The notes beneath the pieces are model-generated. The model worked only from the letters and a program-made list of their open reading frames with translations. It was not told the origin of the DNA and searched no databases. Positions 19,929 through 28,551 of a DNA stretch of 64,000 nt are shown here, one piece after another; the first letter of the stretch is position 1, and each line of letters begins with the position of its first letter. This DNA comes from Gemmatimonadota bacterium (lineage in GTDB: Bacteria > Gemmatimonadota > Gemmatimonadetes > Gemmatimonadales > GWC2-71-9), in the NCBI GenBank assembly GCA_036679605.1, contig JAZDCZ010000218.1, positions 34,318-98,317 of the forward strand, in the 5' to 3' direction. The translations under genes and the position numbers were made by a program.

Positions 19929-20662
19929 ATCGTCACCTGAAGCTCGTTGGATAACGCCCCGGCGCGACGTAGGTCTTCGGGCGTGTCGATACTGTGTGGT
20001 GCGGGCTGGTCGAGCACACGTACGCCTATGGGAGTACCGTGCTCCAATGGTCTCAGTTGCTCGAGTCTCAGCTCACGTTCACTCGAGGTTGCCGGCAGCC
20101 GTACCCAGTTTAGCAAGGCTTCTCTTGTATAGGCGTAGACACCAATGTGGTGGTAAACCGCCAGAGCTGAGGCATCGCCAAGCTCTGTCGCATGACGCGA
20201 GAATCTGTGTGCCCGTCCAGTGGCGTCCACCCAAACCTTTACCTTGCTGCCATCCTCGAGACACTCGCTCGCCAATCGTGCCGCCGCCGTGCCGATCGGG
20301 AACCCAGTCCGTACCATTTCCAACGCTCCGCTCACCGCGCGCTCTGGAATGAATGGCTGGTCGCCCTGAACGTTGAGTACGACATCGATGTGCTCATACT
20401 CCGGCCTAGATAGAATCTCGGCCGCACGATCGGTCCCGGAGCAGTGTGCCCCGTTGGTCAGAATACCTGTGATCCCGATTGGGGCCACAGCTTCGACAAC
20501 CCGTTGATCGTCGGTGGCGACCACTAACTCTGCTACCATACCAAGACTCAGCACTCGCCGCGCTACCACCCTGATAAGCGGTTCGCCGGCGATTAGAGAC
20601 AATGGTTTATCGGGAAGTCGGGTCGAGCCGATGCGGGCCGGAATGACTGTTAGGACGTGCAC
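19925..20662 (-). CDS. kdsB: CMP-KDO synthetase
   Basis: [42 protein letters not shown] at 20662 preferred because TTG 20668 lies in the -10 box. Confidence 0.95.
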   Translation of the reverse strand: MHVLTVIPARIGSTRLPDKPLSLIAGEPLIRVVARRVLSLGMVAELVVATDDQRVVEAVAPIGITGILTNGAHCSGTDRAAEILSRPEYEHIDVVLNVQGDQPFIPERAVSGALEMVRTGFPIGTAAARLASECLEDGSKVKVWVDATGRAHRFSRHATELGDASALAVYHHIGVYAYTREALLNWVRLPATSSERELRLEQLRPLEHGTPIGVRVLDQPAPHSIDTPEDLRRAGALSNELQVTI

Positions 20663-20667
20663 AGCCA

Positions 20668-20696
20668 AAGTTAACAGGCCACGGTCCCAGTGTCAA
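20668..20696 (-). promoter_or_regulatory. Sigma70-type promoter of kdsB operon (leaderless)
   Basis: TTGACA-17 bp-TAACTT, 5 nt upstream of the GTG start. Confidence 0.7.
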
Positions 20697-20771
20697 AAGT
20701 CGTGCCAGCACGACTCAGGCCAGCCACAGTCATGCTAGCCTCTTTTCACCACACGACTTACAGGGCCGTGA

Positions 20772-21356
20772 CTATTGAGCTAGCTGCAAAAAATTTCCAA
20801 TTAACCTCTTGCCCAATTTCGTGCCCACCGACTCGGGATGAAACTGAACACCGAACACACGGTCGGTCCGGTGCACTAACCCCATGATTTCGGACCCTGA
20901 GGGACGATCGGAGGTCCAGGCGGTCACCGTCAGGTCGGCGGGCAACGAGGCCGGCTCCACGAGAAGCGAGTGATACCGCATTGCGGTCATCGGTGATGGA
21001 AGATCCTTGAATATTCCGTCGCTGCTATGGACTATCTCGGAAGTCTTGCCGTGCATTAACCGGCCGGCTCGCACCACCTTGCCGCCAAACGCCACTGCTA
21101 TCGATTGATGTCCCAGACAGACGCCCAACAAGGGCACTCGACCTACGCACCAACGCGCCAGGGAGACACTGATGCCGGCATCCTCCGGGATCCCCGGTCC
21201 CGGAGATATCACAATGCCAGCTGGAGCGTTTGCCTCAATTTCCTCTATGGTGATCTGATCGTTCATCTTCACAACCGGATCTGCACCGAGTTCACCAAGG
21301 TATTGAACTAGGTTGTACGTGAAGGAGTCGTAGTTATCCAGTACGAGGATCGTCAT
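20772..21356 (-). CDS. Glutamine amidotransferase, anthranilate/aminodeoxychorismate synthase component II (TrpG/PabA)
   Basis: MTILVLDNYDSFTYNLVQY, ISPGPG, GVCLGHQ, RYHSL, GVQFHPES; ATG overlaps xerD stop. Confidence 0.95.
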   Translation of the reverse strand: MTILVLDNYDSFTYNLVQYLGELGADPVVKMNDQITIEEIEANAPAGIVISPGPGIPEDAGISVSLARWCVGRVPLLGVCLGHQSIAVAFGGKVVRAGRLMHGKTSEIVHSSDGIFKDLPSPMTAMRYHSLLVEPASLPADLTVTAWTSDRPSGSEIMGLVHRTDRVFGVQFHPESVGTKLGKRLIGNFLQLAQ

Positions 21357-22273
21357 GGTCGCGGGTGGTAGGATTTGTGAACACTTCTCAAGTAATCTCG
21401 ATCGACATGCGTGTATATCTGAGTTGTTGCAAGATCGGCGTGCCCCAACATTTCCTGCACCGCTCTTAGATCCGCCCCTCCTTCGAGCAAGTGGGTCGCG
21501 AACGTGTGGCGCAATGTGTGAGGTGTAACACGCTTTACTATCCCCGCACGCGCTGCGCACTTCTTGATGATCTGCCACGCACCGACCCTCGAAAGCGGCT
21601 GGCCGCGTACGTTTAGCAGTAGCCTGCCCTTTGTCTTGCCACGGTCCAACCCGGGCCGTACTTCACGAACGTAAACAGCCGCGGCCCCCAACGCCTTACG
21701 CCCTATCGGCACCAATCGTTCCTTTGACCCCTTACCCATCACCCTCACCAGGGCATCGTCAAACCAGAGATCGTTCAATCCCAACCCAACCAGCTCGGAA
21801 ACACGTGCGCCCGTTGCATAGGCCACTTCGATCAACGACCGGTCCCTCCATGCCAGCCGCTCATCCGGATTCGGGACAGCTAGTAATGCCTCGACTTCCT
21901 CGACCGTTAGGACCTCCGGAAGGGTTCGCCAGCCCTTCGGAGTTTCGAGCCTAGCGCTGGGATCTGACTCCGAATAACCCTCAGAGGTGAGAAACCGGTA
22001 GTAGGTCCGTATCGCCGATATTCCTCGCCGGATGCTCGCGGGAGCAAGTCCTAGGTCCTTGAGGTGAAACACGAAGTCCCGCAACAGTTCCGGCGTTACG
22101 GCGTTGGGGTCCCGAACCTTGCGAGACCATGAAAAGGACGCCAATCGTCCGACATCCCTCAAGTAGCTCGCAATCGTGTTCTGGCTGTTGCCGGCTTCGA
22201 GTCCCAGATAATCTTCAAATCGCTCGATCAGAAAGGCTCGACCCACATCTTGAGCAAACTCGGTTCGGGTCAT
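21353..22273 (-). CDS. xerD: Tyrosine recombinase XerD
   Basis: LPEVLT, RDR..IE..YATGARVSEL, GKGSKERLVP, TPHTLRHTFATHLLEGGADLRAVQEMLGHADLATTQIYTHV, HPR. Confidence 0.93.
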   Translation of the reverse strand: MTRTEFAQDVGRAFLIERFEDYLGLEAGNSQNTIASYLRDVGRLASFSWSRKVRDPNAVTPELLRDFVFHLKDLGLAPASIRRGISAIRTYYRFLTSEGYSESDPSARLETPKGWRTLPEVLTVEEVEALLAVPNPDERLAWRDRSLIEVAYATGARVSELVGLGLNDLWFDDALVRVMGKGSKERLVPIGRKALGAAAVYVREVRPGLDRGKTKGRLLLNVRGQPLSRVGAWQIIKKCAARAGIVKRVTPHTLRHTFATHLLEGGADLRAVQEMLGHADLATTQIYTHVDRDYLRSVHKSYHPRP

Positions 22274-22911
22274 GTTTCACCCGCGCTGCCTCGTCGCCCT
22301 CTGACCCACAGCAACCACGCAGCTACACCGACAAGGACCGCCGCAAGTGCAATCAGACCGACCCGATTGATTTCCAACAGCAACGCGGCTACATCGTCCA
22401 GCCTCAGTAACAGCTTGGCTGCAATAAACGTCAAGGCGCCGTACCAGATCCCAGACGCCACCGCCATGGGTATCAGGGCTCGTGCGCTACCTAGGCCCGC
22501 GATACCCGCAAACGGGGGCACTACCGCCCGCACCCCAGGCACAAAGCGGCTCAGGAATATTCCCCATGTACCGTAGCGCTCGTACAGTCGCTCCAGGCGC
22601 CGTAATGACTTGGGTTTCAGCAAGCGGACGCCAAGCCTGCCGCGAAAGAAATCGCGACCGAACGTGCGGGCCGCAAGGTAGACTCCGATCGCAGACGTCA
22701 CATTGGCAGTCCACGTTACCCCGAAGATTCCCAAGGCTGAGACCGTTCCCGTGTTGGAGAGAAACGCACCCAAGGCTACCGCAGTGTCTGCAGGGATCGG
22801 TGGAAACAGGTTTTCCAATGCGGCCAAAACCGCTACAGTCATATAGAGAACCATCGGAGGTAACAAGGGGAACTGCTGCAGCAGATGTTCTATCGGACTA
22901 GGCCCCTCCAA
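22270..22911 (-). CDS. DedA family membrane protein
   Basis: LENLFPPIPAD, FLSRFVPGVRAVVPPFAG. Confidence 0.9.
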   Translation of the reverse strand: MEGPSPIEHLLQQFPLLPPMVLYMTVAVLAALENLFPPIPADTAVALGAFLSNTGTVSALGIFGVTWTANVTSAIGVYLAARTFGRDFFRGRLGVRLLKPKSLRRLERLYERYGTWGIFLSRFVPGVRAVVPPFAGIAGLGSARALIPMAVASGIWYGALTFIAAKLLLRLDDVAALLLEINRVGLIALAAVLVGVAAWLLWVRGRRGSAGET

Positions 22912-23377
22912 CCGCAGCTATTGCAAAAACCTGAAGCCCTTTCCCTCTCCCAACGGCATCCATCTTCTCGTTGGTCTTCGCCTTGATGGAAACTGCTCCT
23001 AGCTCGATCCCTAGGGCTCTTGCCACGTGTTCACGCATCTCTTCGATATGGGGAGTCAACTTGGGTGTCTCTGCAACTACCGTAACATCCACGTTTACAA
23101 TCTGATAGCTGGCAGCGATAACGCGACGCTTCACATCAGCCAGCATCTCGAGCGAGTTCGCGTTTTTCCAGCGCTTGTCAGTATCGGGAAACAGTCGTCC
23201 TATATCCCCCATTGCCACGGCCCCTAGAAGTGCGTCGATCAACGCGTGGGCCACCGCGTCACCGTCGGAGTGGCCCTTTAGTCCGCTGTCATGGTCGATC
23301 TCGACACCGCCCAGCACTAGCGGGCGCTTTGCCCCAAAAACATGGGAGTCGTATCCGAGTCCGAATCGTTGTTTCAT
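22898..23377 (-). CDS. ispF: 2-C-methyl-D-erythritol 2,4-cyclodiphosphate synthase
   Basis: GLGYDSH, LVLGGV, GHSDGD..AHA..DALLGA, GDIG..FPD, KAKTNE. Confidence 0.97.
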   Translation of the reverse strand: MKQRFGLGYDSHVFGAKRPLVLGGVEIDHDSGLKGHSDGDAVAHALIDALLGAVAMGDIGRLFPDTDKRWKNANSLEMLADVKRRVIAASYQIVNVDVTVVAETPKLTPHIEEMREHVARALGIELGAVSIKAKTNEKMDAVGRGKGLQVFAIAAVGGA

Positions 23378-23448
23378 GAGGGGATGATAGACGATATCCT
23401 TGCGGGACGGTAGGGTAAGTGGCCCTGAGAACGCCCGCCCTGTGACCG

Positions 23449-23615
23449 ATGACTCAAGCTCGGAGCATGGCTCATACAGGAGTTCCCGGTTCCCTAGATA
23501 TCCAGGAGGCAACTGCAGGTCGACATTCTCTCGAGCGAGAAATCGGCCGCGGTAATATGGGGATCGCTACGTGGCTCGTCTTGTTCGTAATTGCGTATGT
23601 TGACGGCGATACCAT
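23449..23615 (+). pseudogene. Relic of a Hanks-type Ser/Thr protein kinase N-lobe (internally deleted, truncated)
   Basis: QEATAGRHSLEREIGRGNMGI (subdomain I, cf. RYxLERELGRGGMG) joined directly to LVLFVIAYVDGDT (subdomain V, cf. FFVMxYVDGET). Confidence 0.65.
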
Positions 23616-25967
23616 CTATCTGATGGGCAGGAAGAAAGCATTGTTGTCGGTCACCAATGGACCAGAACCAACATAAACACCTAGGCCCTTTTCAAACAAA
23701 GCCAGGTAACCTACGATGGCAAGCGGCGGTCCCAGATCATCCCGAACAATTGTATTATCTGCGGCCGCAGCCAAGGCGGTATTGAGCCCTTCCTCTGTCA
23801 ACGGCCGCGGTGTTGCTACCAAGAAACTATGGATGCCACCCGTATACCACAGCGTCGTATGCGGAAACACATGGTGAAATGTACGCATGATTGCCTGATA
23901 ATCCGCCCCACTTAGGCTGTGGATAGGCAACCATTGCATAAATACGCCATCAGTGGAGAGTCGCTGGCGTACCAACTCGTAGAACTCCTGAGTAAATAGG
24001 ATCCAACTGTTGGCATTGGATGGATGGGTGGCATCGACGGTAATAATGTCGTACTGATCATCACTTTGCATCAAGAAGTTACGGGCGTCTTCTATGTGTA
24101 AGCGTAGCCGACTACTGCTCAACACATCGTAATTCTCCTCGTGATAGATTTGAGCAGCCTCAATCATCTCTCGAGACAGGTCCACCGCATCAATCACCGG
24201 GATGTTGTGGGTGTTCAACGTGCCGGTAGCAATGCCGTTACCGAAGCTGAGAACTAGAGCGTTACGGGCGTTGGGCCGGAGCAGGGGGGGTAGGTGTCCT
24301 AACAAATGAAAGGCAAGCATACTTACCTCACCCGTGGGAACCTCATCACGGCCATTAACATAAGAGATCTTAAAGCTGCGCACCGTGCTATCTTGCTCGG
24401 CACTATCCGTTCGGCGCTCGATCGGCTGGCCCGAAAGCAACTCTCGGAATTTATCTGGGGGTAAGTCAAAGACGGCTACAGTAGTTTCTACGCCTTCTTT
24501 GTAATAGACCAGGTAATCAGTTGGCTCCTCGCGAAAACCAAGATAGAGACCCGGCGGCATAACAAAAGTAGCTATCAAAGCCAAGCCCAGTACCGGTAAT
24601 GGAACCCAGCGCAGTCTTGATTGGTTGCGAGGAGCTAGCCATAAGGCCCCGGTCCCCAGAACCAAATATGTTCCCGACAATAACAGGCACGTGTTGCGCA
24701 GACCCAAAACTGGGATCAAGACAAATCCGGCCCCGAGGGAGCCTACAATCGCTCCGAGTGTATTTAGGGCGCTGACGGTTCCGACACGGAGTCCCACTTC
24801 TGCCGTTCGTTCACGAGTATATAAACTACTGACGATCGGAAAGAGTGCACCTATCAGGACGGTAGAGGGAAACAAGGTGATGAAGGCCAAGAGCAGCTCA
24901 TATAGCACCTCCCGAGTGACGCTGTATCCGCCGAACACATCTTGTATACGTATAGAGGGAAGACGAGCAAAGACAAATAGGGCTAGTATGGACAGAAGGC
25001 CGATACCCAATTGTAATATTCCAAACTGCGCCAGCGTGCCCCGGTAATGGCGAAGCCACCATACTCCCAAGGCACTCCCCACTGCCAGGCCTGACAAAAA
25101 CACTGTGAGCATCAAAGAAAAAGAGTATACCGCATGCAAAGTGTGGATGGACAAAATACGGGCCCAGACTATCTCATACCCCAAAGCGAGAAAACCAGAA
25201 ATGGCGTAGCCGACTGCTACGTAATGCAACACCCTCGGGGAAAGTTCGAGGGGTTCTGGCCTAGTTTGATGTCGGTGTTCAGGATGGGCGGCCTTGGCAG
25301 AGGCTGCAGTCGCTTGCGACGGTTCCGCCGGTTGCTCTTGACTCTGTCGCCTGCCAGATAACCCAGCTAACCAAAGCGCACCGGCGGCCACCGAGAGGTT
25401 CAGCGCTGCACCTAAGAACACTGTCTCTCGCAAGCCGAATAGCCGAATCAGGAAAACACCAGTAAGCAAACAGCCCAGAACCGCTCCGGCGGTATTGACC
25501 AGATATAGCCTCCCAACATCACTGCCCACTTTCCCTACCTGAGTGGCATAAATTTGGCTCATAATGGGTAGCGTGGCACCGATCAAGAATGTGATTGGTG
25601 TGAGCACTACGATCGAAAGCACCACTCGCAGCAGCGTGAGCCAGACCAACCCCGGATGAAAAGCGTGGGTTACGGCTGCGTAAAACCCGTTCAAAGAGGT
25701 GAGGACTAGGGGAGAGAGTGCCGCCAGAAAAGCAATACCTATTTCCAAAATGGCGTAAGTGCGCAATGGGCGGCTACGGTTACTTGCTCGCTTTCCCATC
25801 AGATAACTGCCCAACGCCAGACCAATCATATAGGCGCCCAACACAGCGCTATAGGCGTAAACGCTGACCCCAAAAGTGAGAGAGGCCTGGCGAACCCAGG
25901 CGATTTCGTAAATCAGGCCACTAATACCTGATAAAAAGAAGAAAACAAGGAGGTAGAGTCGTTGCAT
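23616..25967 (-). CDS. Fused multi-pass membrane / spermidine-synthase-like SAM-dependent protein
   Basis: SGISGLIYEIAW, GATLP, LYLVNTAGAVLG repeated halves; C-terminal EDARNFL, YDIITVD, LFTQEFY, QWLP. Confidence 0.88.
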   Translation of the reverse strand: MQRLYLLVFFFLSGISGLIYEIAWVRQASLTFGVSVYAYSAVLGAYMIGLALGSYLMGKRASNRSRPLRTYAILEIGIAFLAALSPLVLTSLNGFYAAVTHAFHPGLVWLTLLRVVLSIVVLTPITFLIGATLPIMSQIYATQVGKVGSDVGRLYLVNTAGAVLGCLLTGVFLIRLFGLRETVFLGAALNLSVAAGALWLAGLSGRRQSQEQPAEPSQATAASAKAAHPEHRHQTRPEPLELSPRVLHYVAVGYAISGFLALGYEIVWARILSIHTLHAVYSFSLMLTVFLSGLAVGSALGVWWLRHYRGTLAQFGILQLGIGLLSILALFVFARLPSIRIQDVFGGYSVTREVLYELLLAFITLFPSTVLIGALFPIVSSLYTRERTAEVGLRVGTVSALNTLGAIVGSLGAGFVLIPVLGLRNTCLLLSGTYLVLGTGALWLAPRNQSRLRWVPLPVLGLALIATFVMPPGLYLGFREEPTDYLVYYKEGVETTVAVFDLPPDKFRELLSGQPIERRTDSAEQDSTVRSFKISYVNGRDEVPTGEVSMLAFHLLGHLPPLLRPNARNALVLSFGNGIATGTLNTHNIPVIDAVDLSREMIEAAQIYHEENYDVLSSSRLRLHIEDARNFLMQSDDQYDIITVDATHPSNANSWILFTQEFYELVRQRLSTDGVFMQWLPIHSLSGADYQAIMRTFHHVFPHTTLWYTGGIHSFLVATPRPLTEEGLNTALAAAADNTIVRDDLGPPLAIVGYLALFEKGLGVYVGSGPLVTDNNAFFLPIR

Positions 25968-26007
25968 ATGATCTTCCCACGCTATCGTGGATAACTAGAG
26001 TGCCCCG

Positions 26008-26262
26008 CTTGACGCCCACCTATGTCTATGGCGCCGGGTTCCATTATAGAATGAATCGATATAATCGCACACGTTTGCTTTGGCCAGTCCCTGCGACTTA
26101 TGGGATTCGTTTCAGCATGCGCTCCTTATTTCGGATGCCGCCAAAGTACCTCTCAGCCCCTGGGTTCTCCCCGCAGTTCCCCGACGACTCGTGCTTAGTT
26201 GACGGTACCTTCTAGTCGGTAAGCTCCCTGGCGCTGCCATAGCTGCCCAGATCGCTGTATAA
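26008..26262 (-). mobile_element. Degenerate IS3-family transposase (OrfB C-terminus) relic with frameshifts
   Basis: Across shifted frames: YSDLGSYGS, LSTSRRG/NCGENPGAERYFGGIRNKERMLKRI, KSQGLAKANVCDYIDSFYNGTRRH, matching the IS3 pattern HSDQGSQY..SMSRRGNCWDNA.AESFF..LKKE..DYIE.FYN..RRHS. Confidence 0.8.
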
Positions 26263-26301
26263 TACGTGACACACAGCCCAGTCCAACAGAGAGTTTTTCG
26301 T

Positions 26302-26760
26302 ATGAAGCCTATTGGCCTGACCGCGGTAACCATAGTTGTCCTCTTCGCCACTGGACTTGCTTGTGCCGGCAGTGGCCCGGGAATGACGGAGCCGGGCGAG
26401 AATAACGATGATGGCTCTGAAAACGGACTCGATCTGACTTTCTCTGGTTCAGTTCAGCCCATCTTCAACCAGCGATGCGCACTCTCCCGTTGCCACACGG
26501 GCACCTCTCCCGCAGGGGAATTAAACCTGGAACAGGGCCAGGCTCACGGCAACATCGTGAATGTCACTGGCAGCGTGCCTACGATCAAGCTGATCCGCCC
26601 GGGTCTCCCAGACTCCAGTTTCCTGGTGCACAAGATTCAAGGGACGCAGGCCAGCGTCGGAGGTTCCGGAAATCGAATGCCACTCCTCAATTGCTGTCTA
26701 TCGCAGAATCAGATCGATGCTATTCGCGCATGGATAAGAGTGGGGGCGCGCAACAACTGA
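26302..26760 (+). CDS. Putative lipoprotein with cytochrome c-like domain (CX4CH)
   Basis: Lipobox GLAC; VQPIFNQRCALSRCH, PG.PDSSFLVHKI, RMP, IRAWIRVGA. Confidence 0.7.
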   Translation: MKPIGLTAVTIVVLFATGLACAGSGPGMTEPGENNDDGSENGLDLTFSGSVQPIFNQRCALSRCHTGTSPAGELNLEQGQAHGNIVNVTGSVPTIKLIRPGLPDSSFLVHKIQGTQASVGGSGNRMPLLNCCLSQNQIDAIRAWIRVGARNN

Positions 26761-26792
26761 GCGACACGCTGCAACATCGCTATCAAGTCCCC

Positions 26793-27956
26793 TTAGTGCC
26801 CAGTCCTGCCGCCCAACGCCCCCAACCTCTCCGCCGCCTCCATGAGCAAATCCTCGGTCTTGCAAAAGGCAAACCGGATGTACCGGCTCCCCAGCTCCGC
26901 GCTACTGTAGAAACTGGATCCTGGCACCGAAGCCACTCCAATCTCCTTCGTCAGCCAGTATGCGAATTCGTCGTCGGGTAGATCACTGAGCGCCGAGAAG
27001 TCGGCCATGATGTAGTATGCACCTTGCGGCAGCTCACACCGGAAGCCTGCCCCCACCAAAGCATCATACATTACAGTTCGCCGTTTGCGATAGCCCTCGG
27101 CCAAGCCCTTGTAGTAATCTTGGTCGAGCGTCTCGAGACCGGCCGCGACACCCTCCTGTAACGGCGCCGGAGCACCGACGGTCAAGAAATCGTGAACCTT
27201 TCGAATCGCATCGCTTACCTGGCACGGTGCCACGACGGTACCTACACGCCACCCTGTAACACTGAAAGTCTTCGACGCACCGCTCAGCGTGATCGTGCGA
27301 TCGCGCATCCCCGGAATCGTGGCCATAGGTATGTGCTCGCCCTCATAGTAGATGTGTTCGTAGATCTCGTCAGTGACGGCATACGCGTCAAATTCTCGGC
27401 ACAGCTCAGCGATTCCGGTCAGCTCCTCGCGAGTGAACACTTTCCCTGTCGGATTGTTGGGAGTGTTGATGATTACTGCGCGCGTCTTGGTCGAGAACTT
27501 CGCTTTGACCCATTCCATGTCGAGATTGCCGGTTGCCGCCATGGGGACAAACATCGGCCTAGCATCACACAGAATCGCGTCTGGTCCATAGTTCTCGTAG
27601 AATGGCTCGAAGATAATGACCTCGTCACCGGGATCCACGATCGACAACATCACCGACGCCATCGCCTCCGTCGAACCACAAGTCACGGTGATCTCCTCTT
27701 CCGGATTCACCTCCATGCCATACCACTCGGCGTACTTCGCCGCCAAGGCATCCCGCAGTCGCTTCGAGCCCCACGTGATTGCATACTGGTTAATCTCGTC
27801 GTGGATCGCCTTTGCAGCAGCTTCCTTTAGTACCTGCGGCGCTGGAAAGTTGGGGAAACCCTGTGCCAGATTGATAGCATCGTGCTCGTTGGCAAGACGA
27901 GTCATACCGCGGATGACCGACTCGGTGAAGCCGTGTGTTCGGATAGCTGTTTTCAT
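26793..27956 (-). CDS. PLP-dependent aminotransferase class I/II (YbdL/DapC-like)
   Basis: AINLAQGFP, NTPNNPTGKVF, DEIYEH, SKTFSVTGWRVG, RFAFCK. Confidence 0.93.
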   Translation of the reverse strand: MKTAIRTHGFTESVIRGMTRLANEHDAINLAQGFPNFPAPQVLKEAAAKAIHDEINQYAITWGSKRLRDALAAKYAEWYGMEVNPEEEITVTCGSTEAMASVMLSIVDPGDEVIIFEPFYENYGPDAILCDARPMFVPMAATGNLDMEWVKAKFSTKTRAVIINTPNNPTGKVFTREELTGIAELCREFDAYAVTDEIYEHIYYEGEHIPMATIPGMRDRTITLSGASKTFSVTGWRVGTVVAPCQVSDAIRKVHDFLTVGAPAPLQEGVAAGLETLDQDYYKGLAEGYRKRRTVMYDALVGAGFRCELPQGAYYIMADFSALSDLPDDEFAYWLTKEIGVASVPGSSFYSSAELGSRYIRFAFCKTEDLLMEAAERLGALGGRTGH

Positions 27957-28138
27957 GGGGGGAAAGATACGGCGGGCTGCATAATCCTACCACCACCTGC
28001 ACAAAAACGATGACAGAGGTGAGCGCGTTAGATCTTACTTTAGTGCATGTTCAGCATTTGCACTTCAAACATTCTCGCTAGAGTTAGCGGAGCTGTTCCA
28101 ACCTATCTAATAACTGGAGATAAGTTCCCACTCTCCGC

Positions 28139-28540
28139 CTACGCATTGAGAATTCTAATTGCGAGCAACGCCGCATTCTTCGCATTCCCAATACCAACCG
28201 TTGCCACGGGATTCCCGCTCGGCATCTGCGCTACGGCGTATAGCGCATCGACGCCGCGAAGCGGACCGACTTCCAACGGCAAACCGATTACGGGCAGGTC
28301 ACTGTTTGCCGCTACTGTGCCGGGCAAAGCCGCAGCCAGACCGGCACCGGCGATGATCACACGATAACCATTGGCTCGGGCGCCCTTGGCGATCTCTGCG
28401 GTTTTTTCCGGATTGCGATGCGATGACGAAACAACGAAGTCGTAACCGACCTTCGCTTCGTCCAGCACGGCGAATGCCGATGCCACACGCTCTTCATCAC
28501 TCTGTGACCCCACGACGATCAATACAGGCTTGTCACTCAT
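28139..28540 (-). CDS. purE: PurE (AIR carboxylase/N5-CAIR mutase), short form
   Basis: GSQSD, SSHRNP, IIAGAG...LPG, PVIGLP, QMPSG.PVATV, NAALLA. Confidence 0.93.
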   Translation of the reverse strand: MSDKPVLIVVGSQSDEERVASAFAVLDEAKVGYDFVVSSSHRNPEKTAEIAKGARANGYRVIIAGAGLAAALPGTVAANSDLPVIGLPLEVGPLRGVDALYAVAQMPSGNPVATVGIGNAKNAALLAIRILNA

Positions 28541-28551
28541 CTCCTATCACC

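Noticed and set aside
21353..22273. Tyrosine recombinase as a phage or island integrase
   Set aside because: Motifs and housekeeping context fit chromosomal XerD; no att repeats or cargo seen
27957..28138. Possible SAM riboswitch upstream of the aminotransferase
   Set aside because: Only a CTTATC fragment matches; other SAM-I core elements are absent and the gene appears leaderless
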